From a virus: DNA of 64,000 nucleotides. The translations under genes were made by a program, and so were the position numbers. Below the pieces are notes generated by a model, which ran no database searches, was not told the origin of the DNA, and worked only from the letters and a program-made list of their open reading frames with translations. The stretch is from positions 57,926 to 121,925 of the IMG/VR virus record IMGVR_UViG_3300042309_002885; one strand, written 5' to 3'. Positions within the stretch are counted from its first letter, which is position 1; every line of letters starts with the position of its first letter. This document shows positions 9,466-17,590 of the stretch, piece after piece.

Positions 9466-10289
9466 TTTGATTTTATATACTTTAGTGCCTCGATGACTTC
9501 TACCTTAGTAGATAAAGGACACATATTCGGGTAGAAGCCATGCTTTGTTTTATAAGTCTCGCGGCCTCTATGAATATTAGCGAACCACTCTTCCTTGTTT
9601 TCAGCTGTTACACTTTTATTAATTGAGTCTTCTTGTACAGTTAGAAATTTATAACTATCTGTTATATCTGCAAACCACCAAAATGGTGGATGTGCGCGAT
9701 GGTTAATAATACGTAGTGTATGATCTACATGCTCCCATGCATTATAAAACGCCTCATCATGTAAACCTACTTCATTTAAGATAGTTGATGTGAAAAAACT
9801 TAGTACACCTGCGCAGTGTTCATATAGATCTATAGATACACTATCATTATATTCTACAGTTATTTTCGGCGCTGGTTGCGAAAAAGTATCGAGTTCGTTT
9901 CTGTTGTATAAATCAAAATGTGTATTTTGCTTGCGATTAAAAGGCGTACCTGGCCCGTAATTAAAATGTTGTATACCTGTTACTTTTGATGCTTCAATAT
10001 ATCTATGAAATATATCTGTATCAATTATTTGTAGATCATCCTCTAGTATAAAAATATAATCACTCTTACCCTCAAGGAGATATTGCATAGCCTTGTTCTT
10101 AGATTTTCCTACACCAATATTTTTACCATTGTTAATAACATGTACACCGGTGATGTGTAAGTCTGTCTCAGAATCATTTATAACTACTAAATCACTTATA
10201 TAATTGCAGGAAGTAAGGCTATTTATTAAAGAATTAATAAAATTTAACCTATTACGTGTAACAATACCTATTCCTACCCTCTCTAACAT
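9453..10289 (-). CDS. Glycosyltransferase, GT2-like
   Basis: GIVTRNR...VIND...NIGVGKSKN...YIFILEDD...GLHDE.F..AWEHVD. Confidence 0.8.
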   Translation of the reverse strand: MLERVGIGIVTRNRLNFINSLINSLTSCNYISDLVVINDSETDLHITGVHVINNGKNIGVGKSKNKAMQYLLEGKSDYIFILEDDLQIIDTDIFHRYIEASKVTGIQHFNYGPGTPFNRKQNTHFDLYNRNELDTFSQPAPKITVEYNDSVSIDLYEHCAGVLSFFTSTILNEVGLHDEAFYNAWEHVDHTLRIINHRAHPPFWWFADITDSYKFLTVQEDSINKSVTAENKEEWFANIHRGRETYKTKHGFYPNMCPLSTKVEVIEALKYIKSKWTI

Positions 10290-10326
10290 ACCATAAATTT
10301 ATTTACAATACTATAAAAAAAATCAA

Positions 10327-11058
10327 CTATATCAGTCCGAATTTTTTGTATAACTCCTTTTCATGCTCCTCTTGTTCGAGAGCAGCTTTTTGTTGTTTAA
10401 CGAGAGCTTCAAGCTCGTCGAGTTTTTCTGGATTAAATAAAGAATGCTCATCACCATACAGTTCGCCATCTTCATTAATGTACTCGGATATTATATCTAT
10501 ACGTCTTTGTGGATTACCGGGTAGTTTTATTACACCTGGCGAATCATCTTTAGGGAAGAAGACATCAGCATCGTAATTTTGCTCGTATTGTGCAAAGAGA
10601 GCTTTAAATATATTATCTATTTCCTTTATATACTCTACATTAGTGTCTCTTAAAGTATCTTCTTGTATCTTTATTGAACTATCATATTCAAGTAAGAATA
10701 TGATATCTAAATGTCTCATTGATTCTTTGGTTAAAGTGATACATTTATCAACATATTTCTTATCGAATCCATCGATACCTTTTTCATGCGCCCATAATGT
10801 ATATACTAGATTGTCAAGTGGGCATCTATCAAAAACTACTTTAGATTTTTTATCATATGATTGAAGTTGATCAATCATAAAATTAAGTATATCCCACTGT
10901 GTACTAGTTGTAGTTGAAGAAGAGTGTGGTAAACTTTTTTCTATAATAATATCTCGGTAGGTCTTTTCAGGTGTGGTGTATTTTGACCATACCGTTAAAA
11001 AGTTTTTTATAAGTGTCGTCTTACCGGTGTTTGCTGTACCTGAAAAAGCTATGCGCAT
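10327..11058 (-). CDS. P-loop nucleotide kinase (AAA_28 / dNMP-kinase-like)
   Basis: IAFSGTANTGKTT Walker A; VVFDRCPLD motif typical of NMP/NadR-type kinases. Confidence 0.7.
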   Translation of the reverse strand: MRIAFSGTANTGKTTLIKNFLTVWSKYTTPEKTYRDIIIEKSLPHSSSTTTSTQWDILNFMIDQLQSYDKKSKVVFDRCPLDNLVYTLWAHEKGIDGFDKKYVDKCITLTKESMRHLDIIFLLEYDSSIKIQEDTLRDTNVEYIKEIDNIFKALFAQYEQNYDADVFFPKDDSPGVIKLPGNPQRRIDIISEYINEDGELYGDEHSLFNPEKLDELEALVKQQKAALEQEEHEKELYKKFGLI

Positions 11059-11076
11059 AATATTATATATTATGGG

Positions 11077-11679
11077 TTAGCAATTTTTCAAGAAAGAAGA
11101 CCACTCATCTTTGTATATATCAAAAGTAAGTCCGTTATTTGGCTTATACGGTCTATATCTTAATTTAAGACCTACTTCGCTTAAATATTTGTTACTTTTC
11201 TTTGAATTTAAAAGTCTGTCACATGTGACTAAATTTTCCCAGGTATCTTTACCCCCCTTACTTTTCGGTACAACATGATCAACACTAAGTTGCTCTTTGG
11301 TTAATTTTTTACCTGTATACACGCATGTGTAATTATCTCTCTTATATATATTATGCTTAGTAGGAAATTGTACACGATTAAAAATAACTCTATCGAAGTT
11401 AGTGCAGATTACTACCTGAGGGATTCTTACAGGTCCTCTAGCAGTATGTAAGTAATCATCATAAGGTCTTATTGGTAAAGATAGCCAATCCTTAACCCTA
11501 GGAACTGTAGTAAAGTATTCTACATTCTCTAAGTTTACACTAGCATCATCTCCCTCTTCGTAAGTTATATCTAAAGGTATTACTGCACCGGAAAATATAT
11601 TTCCGAATGTCTTCTGCACTCCCTCAACAGCAACAGGAAAATAATACTTATTAAGTACTAAGGTCTTGTATGTTTTCAT
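11077..11679 (-). CDS. HNH endonuclease (McrA-like)
   Basis: RDNYTCVYTG...SVDHVVPKSKGG..TWENLV...N..K.N. Confidence 0.85.
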   Translation of the reverse strand: MKTYKTLVLNKYYFPVAVEGVQKTFGNIFSGAVIPLDITYEEGDDASVNLENVEYFTTVPRVKDWLSLPIRPYDDYLHTARGPVRIPQVVICTNFDRVIFNRVQFPTKHNIYKRDNYTCVYTGKKLTKEQLSVDHVVPKSKGGKDTWENLVTCDRLLNSKKSNKYLSEVGLKLRYRPYKPNNGLTFDIYKDEWSSFLKNC

Positions 11680-12440
11680 CAGACTTTAAGTGCCATATTC
11701 CAGAGAAGAAGATGAAGTCTCGGACTGAAGTTAACATGCATTGCTTTAGCGTATTCTGCAACAGCTGGAGCTTTCTCAATATGCTCTTCGCGTGACCCGC
11801 AACATGGCATAAACCATACACGACTAAGCGGTACGTTAATATTTTCCTTATCGTTTACATATTTACGCCAGATTTCTTCAATGTCTTCTGATCTGCTAAT
11901 TACAAATTTGAATCCAGAGTTATGATCTTTATGCCATTTCAGTACTTCTGGCTTATAGGTCTTTTCCTCTGGATCGCCGTTAGTGGTAAGTTTAGGTGAG
12001 GTAGTAAAAGTAGCATTAAATTCTGTAACCCATCGCTCATCGGGCATTAATGTAGCATTGGTTTCGAAGTCAATACGAGGTATAAAATTATATCGATCTC
12101 TAAACGCCTCAACAAATTTAAGCAATTGTTTCTGCTGAATCATAGGCTCACCACCAGTTAGCTTCCAAATAGCACCCTCACGCAAGTGAGTGACGTGATT
12201 ACCGGTCGCCATGAGTTCGAAGATTTCATTAAATGACTTCTTATTCTTTACTGACCAAGAAATAAACGAATCACAACCATTAGGAGAATCTTTTGACGCA
12301 AACCCGGAGCAACTCAAATTACACATGGACATCCTCATAAAAACAGATGGTTGACCAATATATTCTCCTTCACCTTCTAGTGTGTAAAAGATAAGATCAT
12401 CACTCAAAAAGATAGTCTCTGTATCACAATCTACGCTCAT
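11679..12440 (-). CDS. queE: 7-carboxy-7-deazaguanine synthase (radical SAM)
   Basis: IFYTLEGEG...FMRMSMCNLSC...CDS, LTGGEP, FETN, SPK, K.VI, PRLH; pathway partners in the window. Confidence 0.85.
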   Translation of the reverse strand: MSVDCDTETIFLSDDLIFYTLEGEGEYIGQPSVFMRMSMCNLSCSGFASKDSPNGCDSFISWSVKNKKSFNEIFELMATGNHVTHLREGAIWKLTGGEPMIQQKQLLKFVEAFRDRYNFIPRIDFETNATLMPDERWVTEFNATFTTSPKLTTNGDPEEKTYKPEVLKWHKDHNSGFKFVISRSEDIEEIWRKYVNDKENINVPLSRVWFMPCCGSREEHIEKAPAVAEYAKAMHVNFSPRLHLLLWNMALKV

Positions 12441-12449
12441 ATATAATAT

Positions 12450-12477
12450 ATTATGATATAGTTCCCGACAGAATCAA
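12450..12477 (-). promoter_or_regulatory. Sigma70-like promoter for queE
   Basis: TTGATT-16 nt-CATAAT, 9 nt before the ATG. Confidence 0.55.
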
Positions 12478-12501
12478 GTGTTTTTGAATAAATACTAATG
12501 C

Positions 12502-13251
12502 ATGACTCACAAGTCCCCTACGCGTAAGCGTAAAAATGCAGGTTTGGATGAATTAGTAGATATCGAAGATTCTATCCAAAAAAACTGGCTTTTTAATTTT
12601 AAAATTAAAAAGCCCTTCTACTTCAACACCAACCACAAAGCGTTTTATGAGTGTATAAAGCGTGAAGAGACTAATATGGTCTTTGTTGATGGTCCAGCGG
12701 GTAGTGCAAAGTCATATATTGCCGTACTTGCCGGGTTAGAGCTTATAAAAGATCAAAAGACACGAGGTATTACCTACATTAGATCTGTTATTGAGTCTGC
12801 GTCAAGATCTATTGGTGCACTTCCAGGTGAGGTAGATGATAAATTCTTACCTTACGCAATGCCTTTAATTGAAAAGGTTAGAGAGGTTACCGATGATAGT
12901 ACATGCGGGTTACTACAGTCTAGTAACATTATACATGCAGTGCCTGTTAACTTTGTTAGAGGACTTACATTCAACGATAGTGTTGTAATAGTTGACGAAG
13001 CGCAAAATCTAACCAAGGGTGAGCTTGTAACAATATTAACGCGTTTTGGTAAGAATACAAAATATATTGTTTGTGGAGATTTAAAACAATCTGATATTGG
13101 TAAAGCTTCAGGATATGAGGAAATATTTAAACGTTTTAATAATGAAAAATGCGTAGATAATGAAATCTACGCATTTAAATTTGGTGAAGCAGAAATCGTA
13201 AGAAGTAAAATTCTACGATTTATTGTTGATGTTTTAGAAGCTAAACATTAA
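12502..13251 (+). CDS. phoH: PhoH-like ATPase
   Basis: GPAGSAKS Walker A, RGLTF, IVDEAQN, GD.KQSD, IVRS; AATAAATA at 12487-12494 upstream. Confidence 0.9.
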   Translation: MTHKSPTRKRKNAGLDELVDIEDSIQKNWLFNFKIKKPFYFNTNHKAFYECIKREETNMVFVDGPAGSAKSYIAVLAGLELIKDQKTRGITYIRSVIESASRSIGALPGEVDDKFLPYAMPLIEKVREVTDDSTCGLLQSSNIIHAVPVNFVRGLTFNDSVVIVDEAQNLTKGELVTILTRFGKNTKYIVCGDLKQSDIGKASGYEEIFKRFNNEKCVDNEIYAFKFGEAEIVRSKILRFIVDVLEAKH

Positions 13252-13877
13252 CCCCAGCTAGTACCAGAAAACCAGTTACCTTTACCGGATGTAACGTTTG
13301 AGCCTACGTGTGCAGCGTTAGCGGATACATGCCCAATATCTATCGATGGACTTACATTATTTGTAGTAATGTTAACCTCTTCATGTACTTTGCTATTAAG
13401 TGGTTGTGTGCTTGGTTTTGTTAAGCAGCATTTTTTTTCTGTGTAAGTAGCGGAATTTTCTTCGTGTTCAAACACTTCAACCTTTTCCACCCAGCATCTA
13501 TCGTTGGTGTGATTTTTAATAAAATTATTTGCAACACTAAAAACCGTTTCGGCAACTCGCTCAATACCTACACCCTTTTCTAAGACTCTTAATTGAATAA
13601 TTCCTCGCTTATCGAGATCTTCAAAAACAGGTAATTCAGGATCATCTGCTGCAACAGTTGTAGTATGATCAAAAATATGCTTAAGTTTATCTTTAAGATC
13701 TTTTAGTCCTCCAAAATCTACACACCAGTTTTTATCATCAAGAGATGAAGCTCCAAACCAGAGCTTAGCTTTAAGTTGATAACCGTGAAGGAATTTACAA
13801 TGTGAATGCGAAGCCCTCCATTGGCGAAACGCACATGATCCTAATTCAATAATTTTTGTTGATTCATACTTACTCAT
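13248..13877 (-). CDS. queD: 6-carboxytetrahydropterin synthase (T-fold)
   Basis: AFRQWRA.SHCKFLHGY...VDFGGLK...FDHT...E..A...VEVFEHEENSA. Confidence 0.85.
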   Translation of the reverse strand: MSKYESTKIIELGSCAFRQWRASHSHCKFLHGYQLKAKLWFGASSLDDKNWCVDFGGLKDLKDKLKHIFDHTTTVAADDPELPVFEDLDKRGIIQLRVLEKGVGIERVAETVFSVANNFIKNHTNDRCWVEKVEVFEHEENSATYTEKKCCLTKPSTQPLNSKVHEEVNITTNNVSPSIDIGHVSANAAHVGSNVTSGKGNWFSGTSWG

Positions 13878-13886
13878 AATTTATAT

Positions 13887-13915
13887 AGTATAGGCACCAT
13901 ATAAATATTTTTCAA
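13887..13915 (-). promoter_or_regulatory. Sigma70-like promoter for queD
   Basis: TTGAAA-17 nt-TATACT, 9 nt before the ATG. Confidence 0.6.
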
Positions 13916-14865
13916 CTGCGAGAAAGTAATAAAGTTTCTTCTAATAGTTGTTTCTGTGTTTTGCCTGTTATAGGTACGTTAGATTCTACATACAGTGGAA
14001 CTAGGACGCTTTTTAGTTTATCTATTTGATTATCAGGTATTACCGTGTTTATATCAACTATATTTACACCCGTTGCTTTGCTTATTAAATCCTGTAAGTT
14101 TTTAGCATTAGGTAGTACATTTCTTGCAGACCTGTCATTTAATCGAATCTCTCTTGTTAAAAAAGCGATAATATTTTTAACGGGATAGCCATTTGCTTTA
14201 TTATCTCTATACCTACGTACAAGCTCATTAAATACAGGCAATCGTCCCGTTTTACTTGCACTTGAATGATATACATACCCCGTCTTTGTATCATATATCT
14301 CACCTATCTGTAGCCCCTTGGCTGTTCTAAAAACTTCTGCTGTTAGGGTCGCAAGCGGCGTTGTTTCTTCGGTTTTAGAAGGTGTATCTTCAGCGTCGCC
14401 CTGCTTTTTAACTTTACGTATTTTACGTTTAACTATTTCACGTCCAATGGGTATAAATGGCTTTACTAACGATCCCGCTGCTTCTCCGTATTGTTTGTAT
14501 CTACGGTCTCCACCACGCTCATATACATATGCTGTAAAGGTTATAAGTGTTACGTTTTTAGGACCGACTAACTCTCTAAACCAGGATTTTTTAGGGTTAG
14601 CGGGTTTTTGTTTTTGGTCAATAATTTTAACTAGTTCTATATCAGTATTATACCCAAGATATTGCTCTAAAACACTAGCAGGTTGTTGACTTTTATACGC
14701 GCTATAGGTTTTGATAAACGGACTTGCGACTGCTGCTAAAGGTTCTGTTATTTCGGGAGCAAAGGCTGTAATAGCTGCTTTTGCTGCAGCAGCACCACCT
14801 CTAATTCGATCTAAAAACCCAGTCTCTAATAAAAGATCCTTTTGTGTTATGTGACCCATGTACAT
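13912..14865 (-). CDS. Hypothetical late protein, possible internal virion protein
   Basis: TATAAATA at 14865-14872 abuts the ATG; N-terminus ...DLLLETG followed by an Ala-rich segment; start reassigned from 14928. Confidence 0.55.
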   Translation of the reverse strand: MYMGHITQKDLLLETGFLDRIRGGAAAAKAAITAFAPEITEPLAAVASPFIKTYSAYKSQQPASVLEQYLGYNTDIELVKIIDQKQKPANPKKSWFRELVGPKNVTLITFTAYVYERGGDRRYKQYGEAAGSLVKPFIPIGREIVKRKIRKVKKQGDAEDTPSKTEETTPLATLTAEVFRTAKGLQIGEIYDTKTGYVYHSSASKTGRLPVFNELVRRYRDNKANGYPVKNIIAFLTREIRLNDRSARNVLPNAKNLQDLISKATGVNIVDINTVIPDNQIDKLKSVLVPLYVESNVPITGKTQKQLLEETLLLSRS

Positions 14866-14907
14866 ATTTATAGTAGAAAATGAAATATTTAGTATTATAT
14901 TTAGCTT

Positions 14908-15576
14908 ATGGATGATTTTGAAGAACAAGACCTACAAGGTGAAGCGGTAAAGCTACCTAACGCTAATGGCAATGCACCTAGAACAGATAAAGAAAAACAA
15001 AATATAATTAAACGCGCTGCAAAAGCTTATGAAAAGTATCTAGACGCATTAGGCTTTGATTGGAGAAACGATCCAAACTCCTCTAATACACCGATGCGAG
15101 TAGCGAAAGCTTTTGTTAATGATATCGCATCGGGGTGCTATAATAACCCACCGACGGTGACAGCGTTTCCTACTGATGGTTATGACGGGGTTATAGCACA
15201 ATGTAATATACCTGTCAAATCCCTCTGCTCACACCATCACCTTGCTTTTACAGGTGTAGCTCATGTAGCATATATTCCTTCTCTCGATGGTAAGGTTATC
15301 GGACTTAGTAAGCTTAATCGTATAGTTGAATTCTATGCACGTAGACCTCAAATTCAGGAAGGTCTTACCAAACAAATTGCAGAAGCTATTGATCAGGTAT
15401 GTGAAAAAAATCGCGGAGTAGCCGTAGTTGTTAAAGCTCAACATACATGTGCATGTCACCGCGGTGTAAAGCATGAAGGCTGTTATATGATTACATCAAA
15501 GCTAACAGGTGATTTTATGGAAGATGAAAAGACACGGACGGAGTTCTATAAGTTTATTGATATGGCCTCTAAATAG
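14908..15576 (+). CDS. folE: GTP cyclohydrolase I
   Basis: [42 protein letters not shown]. Confidence 0.95.
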   Translation: MDDFEEQDLQGEAVKLPNANGNAPRTDKEKQNIIKRAAKAYEKYLDALGFDWRNDPNSSNTPMRVAKAFVNDIASGCYNNPPTVTAFPTDGYDGVIAQCNIPVKSLCSHHHLAFTGVAHVAYIPSLDGKVIGLSKLNRIVEFYARRPQIQEGLTKQIAEAIDQVCEKNRGVAVVVKAQHTCACHRGVKHEGCYMITSKLTGDFMEDEKTRTEFYKFIDMASK

Positions 15577-15596
15577 GAACTTAGTCATACTTCTGT

Positions 15597-16133
15597 ATGA
15601 ATATTTTTATTACTAATGAAGATCCCGTGTTAGCCGCACGGGATCTTTGTGATAAGCATGTACGGTCTAAAATGCAAATTGAAGGAGCTATTATGTTAGC
15701 TCATGCGTTTCCTCAAGAGGTTTTAGATCACCCCTCTACTCCAAAAACCAAAACTGGTAAGTCTCGTAAATCTGGTAAAGGGTATTCAAAGCATCAATGT
15801 TCTATATGGGCGCGAGAGTCAAAAGAAAATTTTATGTGGTTAGTAAATCACACTCTTGAGCAGTTTGAAGAAAGAATGTATAGGTGGCCTAATTCGACTG
15901 AGCATTTCACAAAAGAATTTATCGGATGGTGTAGTAAAAATTTACATAATACTTTTATTGAAAAAACTTCATTAACTCCTTTTGCTGTAGCTATAAAAAG
16001 TGATTGCATTTGTCGTAAAATTATTACTAATTTTGACAGCTTACCGGTAGTAGAGCAATATAGAGCTTATATAATACACGATAAAAGTTTTGCTGCCTGG
16101 ACAAAAAGAGAAATACCTAGTTGGTATAGTTAA
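15597..16133 (+). CDS. Pyrimidine dimer DNA glycosylase / endonuclease V-like protein
   Basis: MNIF......AARDLCDKHV.KM.IE.A.ML, H.CS.WARES, YRAY...DK: the conserved T4-like DenV-related family pattern. Confidence 0.7.
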   Translation: MNIFITNEDPVLAARDLCDKHVRSKMQIEGAIMLAHAFPQEVLDHPSTPKTKTGKSRKSGKGYSKHQCSIWARESKENFMWLVNHTLEQFEERMYRWPNSTEHFTKEFIGWCSKNLHNTFIEKTSLTPFAVAIKSDCICRKIITNFDSLPVVEQYRAYIIHDKSFAAWTKREIPSWYS

Positions 16134-16557
16134 TCTCGATCTGATCATCAGCAATATGATTTGAAGATACATCAATTAGCGCGTCAAGCTGCTTAATAAA
16201 ATCTTTACCTATAAGTACTTTATACTCATTCTGCGATCTATTACCAATACTAAAAGGTATATTATCGAACTCTGTTCCAGCAAATTTCATTCTAAATGAA
16301 ACAACAGGTCTTTCCTCTACGTGACCTGCACCTACATTAATGTTAATAGTATCATGAACGTCTTTAATGATTCGCTTACCGCCGACCGTTGTAAAGGTAA
16401 CCTTATTGCCTTGCTTTGCAATATCATCGCCGTGTAACACGTTGTAAGCTCCATTACCAGAGTCAATTTTTGCCTCGAGAGATCCGACTCCAGCGAGCTC
16501 TATTTTTTCAATAAGGCCTATAACTGTCGCTTCAAAGAATTTCTTAAAACTTTTCAT
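16117..16557 (-). CDS. Retropepsin-like aspartic protease (RimK-associated / ATP-dependent zinc protease family)
   Basis: EAKIDSGNGAYNVLH, ERPVV, FSIGNRSQNEYKVLIGKDF; start reassigned to MKSFKKFFEA, coupled to the upstream TAA. Confidence 0.75.
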   Translation of the reverse strand: MKSFKKFFEATVIGLIEKIELAGVGSLEAKIDSGNGAYNVLHGDDIAKQGNKVTFTTVGGKRIIKDVHDTININVGAGHVEERPVVSFRMKFAGTEFDNIPFSIGNRSQNEYKVLIGKDFIKQLDALIDVSSNHIADDQIEINYTN

Positions 16558-17048
16558 TAATGACAATCTGGGCAACCTCCGCAAGTACAGCCTTGTTTTG
16601 CATAAGAACAACCTACATCTTCATGACCCGCATTATACATATCCTCCTCCTCATGATGGCAACAATCTGTACCTTCACCTTCGTGTTGTTTGAACTCCAT
16701 CCAGTGATAAACAGAAGAAATATAATCGGACGCCTTTGTAATTTTTGAAGATACCCACCCCTCTAATCCAGACATCTGCTGTACCATTTCCTTTAATTTA
16801 GGAGCATATTCAGCGAGCTTATGAAGTTCAGCTGATGCCATTTCTATTTCACTGGGGTCGTTTTCACCTGCATGCTCTGCATGTTCTTCTTCATGTGATT
16901 CATGACCTTCGTGATCGATCTCTGCACCAGGTAAATCCATCGTTATCATTACTGGTTTACCGCCTAACATACTAGTAGGTGATAGTGGCGTACCACCTAC
17001 ATTACCATATGCTTCTGCTAGCATCTTTAAATCTTCTCTCTTTGACAT
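16557..17048 (-). CDS. Hypothetical late protein with His/Glu-rich tract and Cys-rich C-terminus
   Basis: EGWVSSKITKASDYISSV core; ends CTCGGCPDCH; CATAAATA 5 nt before the ATG. Confidence 0.6.
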   Translation of the reverse strand: MSKREDLKMLAEAYGNVGGTPLSPTSMLGGKPVMITMDLPGAEIDHEGHESHEEEHAEHAGENDPSEIEMASAELHKLAEYAPKLKEMVQQMSGLEGWVSSKITKASDYISSVYHWMEFKQHEGEGTDCCHHEEEDMYNAGHEDVGCSYAKQGCTCGGCPDCH

Positions 17049-17056
17049 GTTAATAT

Positions 17057-17590
17057 TTATGTTATACCTAGTATCTTCTTAATTCTTTCTTTATCAGTTT
17101 GATTAATAATTTCCGGTACAAAGAAATCTATTGAAGTGGGGTCTTTAGATATTATTTTTTCTCTTGTTGTAGTTCCACGTACACCCTCTCCACTTAGAGG
17201 TATATCCACTATATATACATTGGGGTATTTTTCAGGGTTTTTACGGAAAGAATTATATCTTGCACTATCTTCCGGGCCAGCACCAACAATAATATTTAAG
17301 TTAGGATTATCTAGAGCATAATCATAAGTAGAATTTAACGGTGTAACCGGACTCTTATACACTTCTACAGGTCTTGATAGATAAGGTACATATATACTCC
17401 ATATCAAATATGACGTTTCCTGATCTATACCATCACGAGGGCTTTTACCTATAAATACAACACCCTTATCTGCTTTTTTTAATAATTCGTTTAGTGCTTC
17501 AAAATGTCCCTTGGTGGGTGGTTTGAAGCCTCCAGGGAAGACAGCCACTGTTTCTTTTTTCTGCTCAAAGAATATTTTAAAACTTTTCAT
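17057..17590 (-). CDS. HxGH-type nucleotidyltransferase (cytidylyltransferase-like)
   Basis: VFPGGFKPPTKGH, GAG..D..R, VRGT..RE as the KMSK-equivalent. Confidence 0.8.
   Translation of the reverse strand: MKSFKIFFEQKKETVAVFPGGFKPPTKGHFEALNELLKKADKGVVFIGKSPRDGIDQETSYLIWSIYVPYLSRPVEVYKSPVTPLNSTYDYALDNPNLNIIVGAGPEDSARYNSFRKNPEKYPNVYIVDIPLSGEGVRGTTTREKIISKDPTSIDFFVPEIINQTDKERIKKILGIT

Noticed and set aside
11077-11679. Host assignment from the HNH subtype or promoter style
   Set aside because: Suggestive at most; needs homology searches or CRISPR-spacer matches that I cannot run
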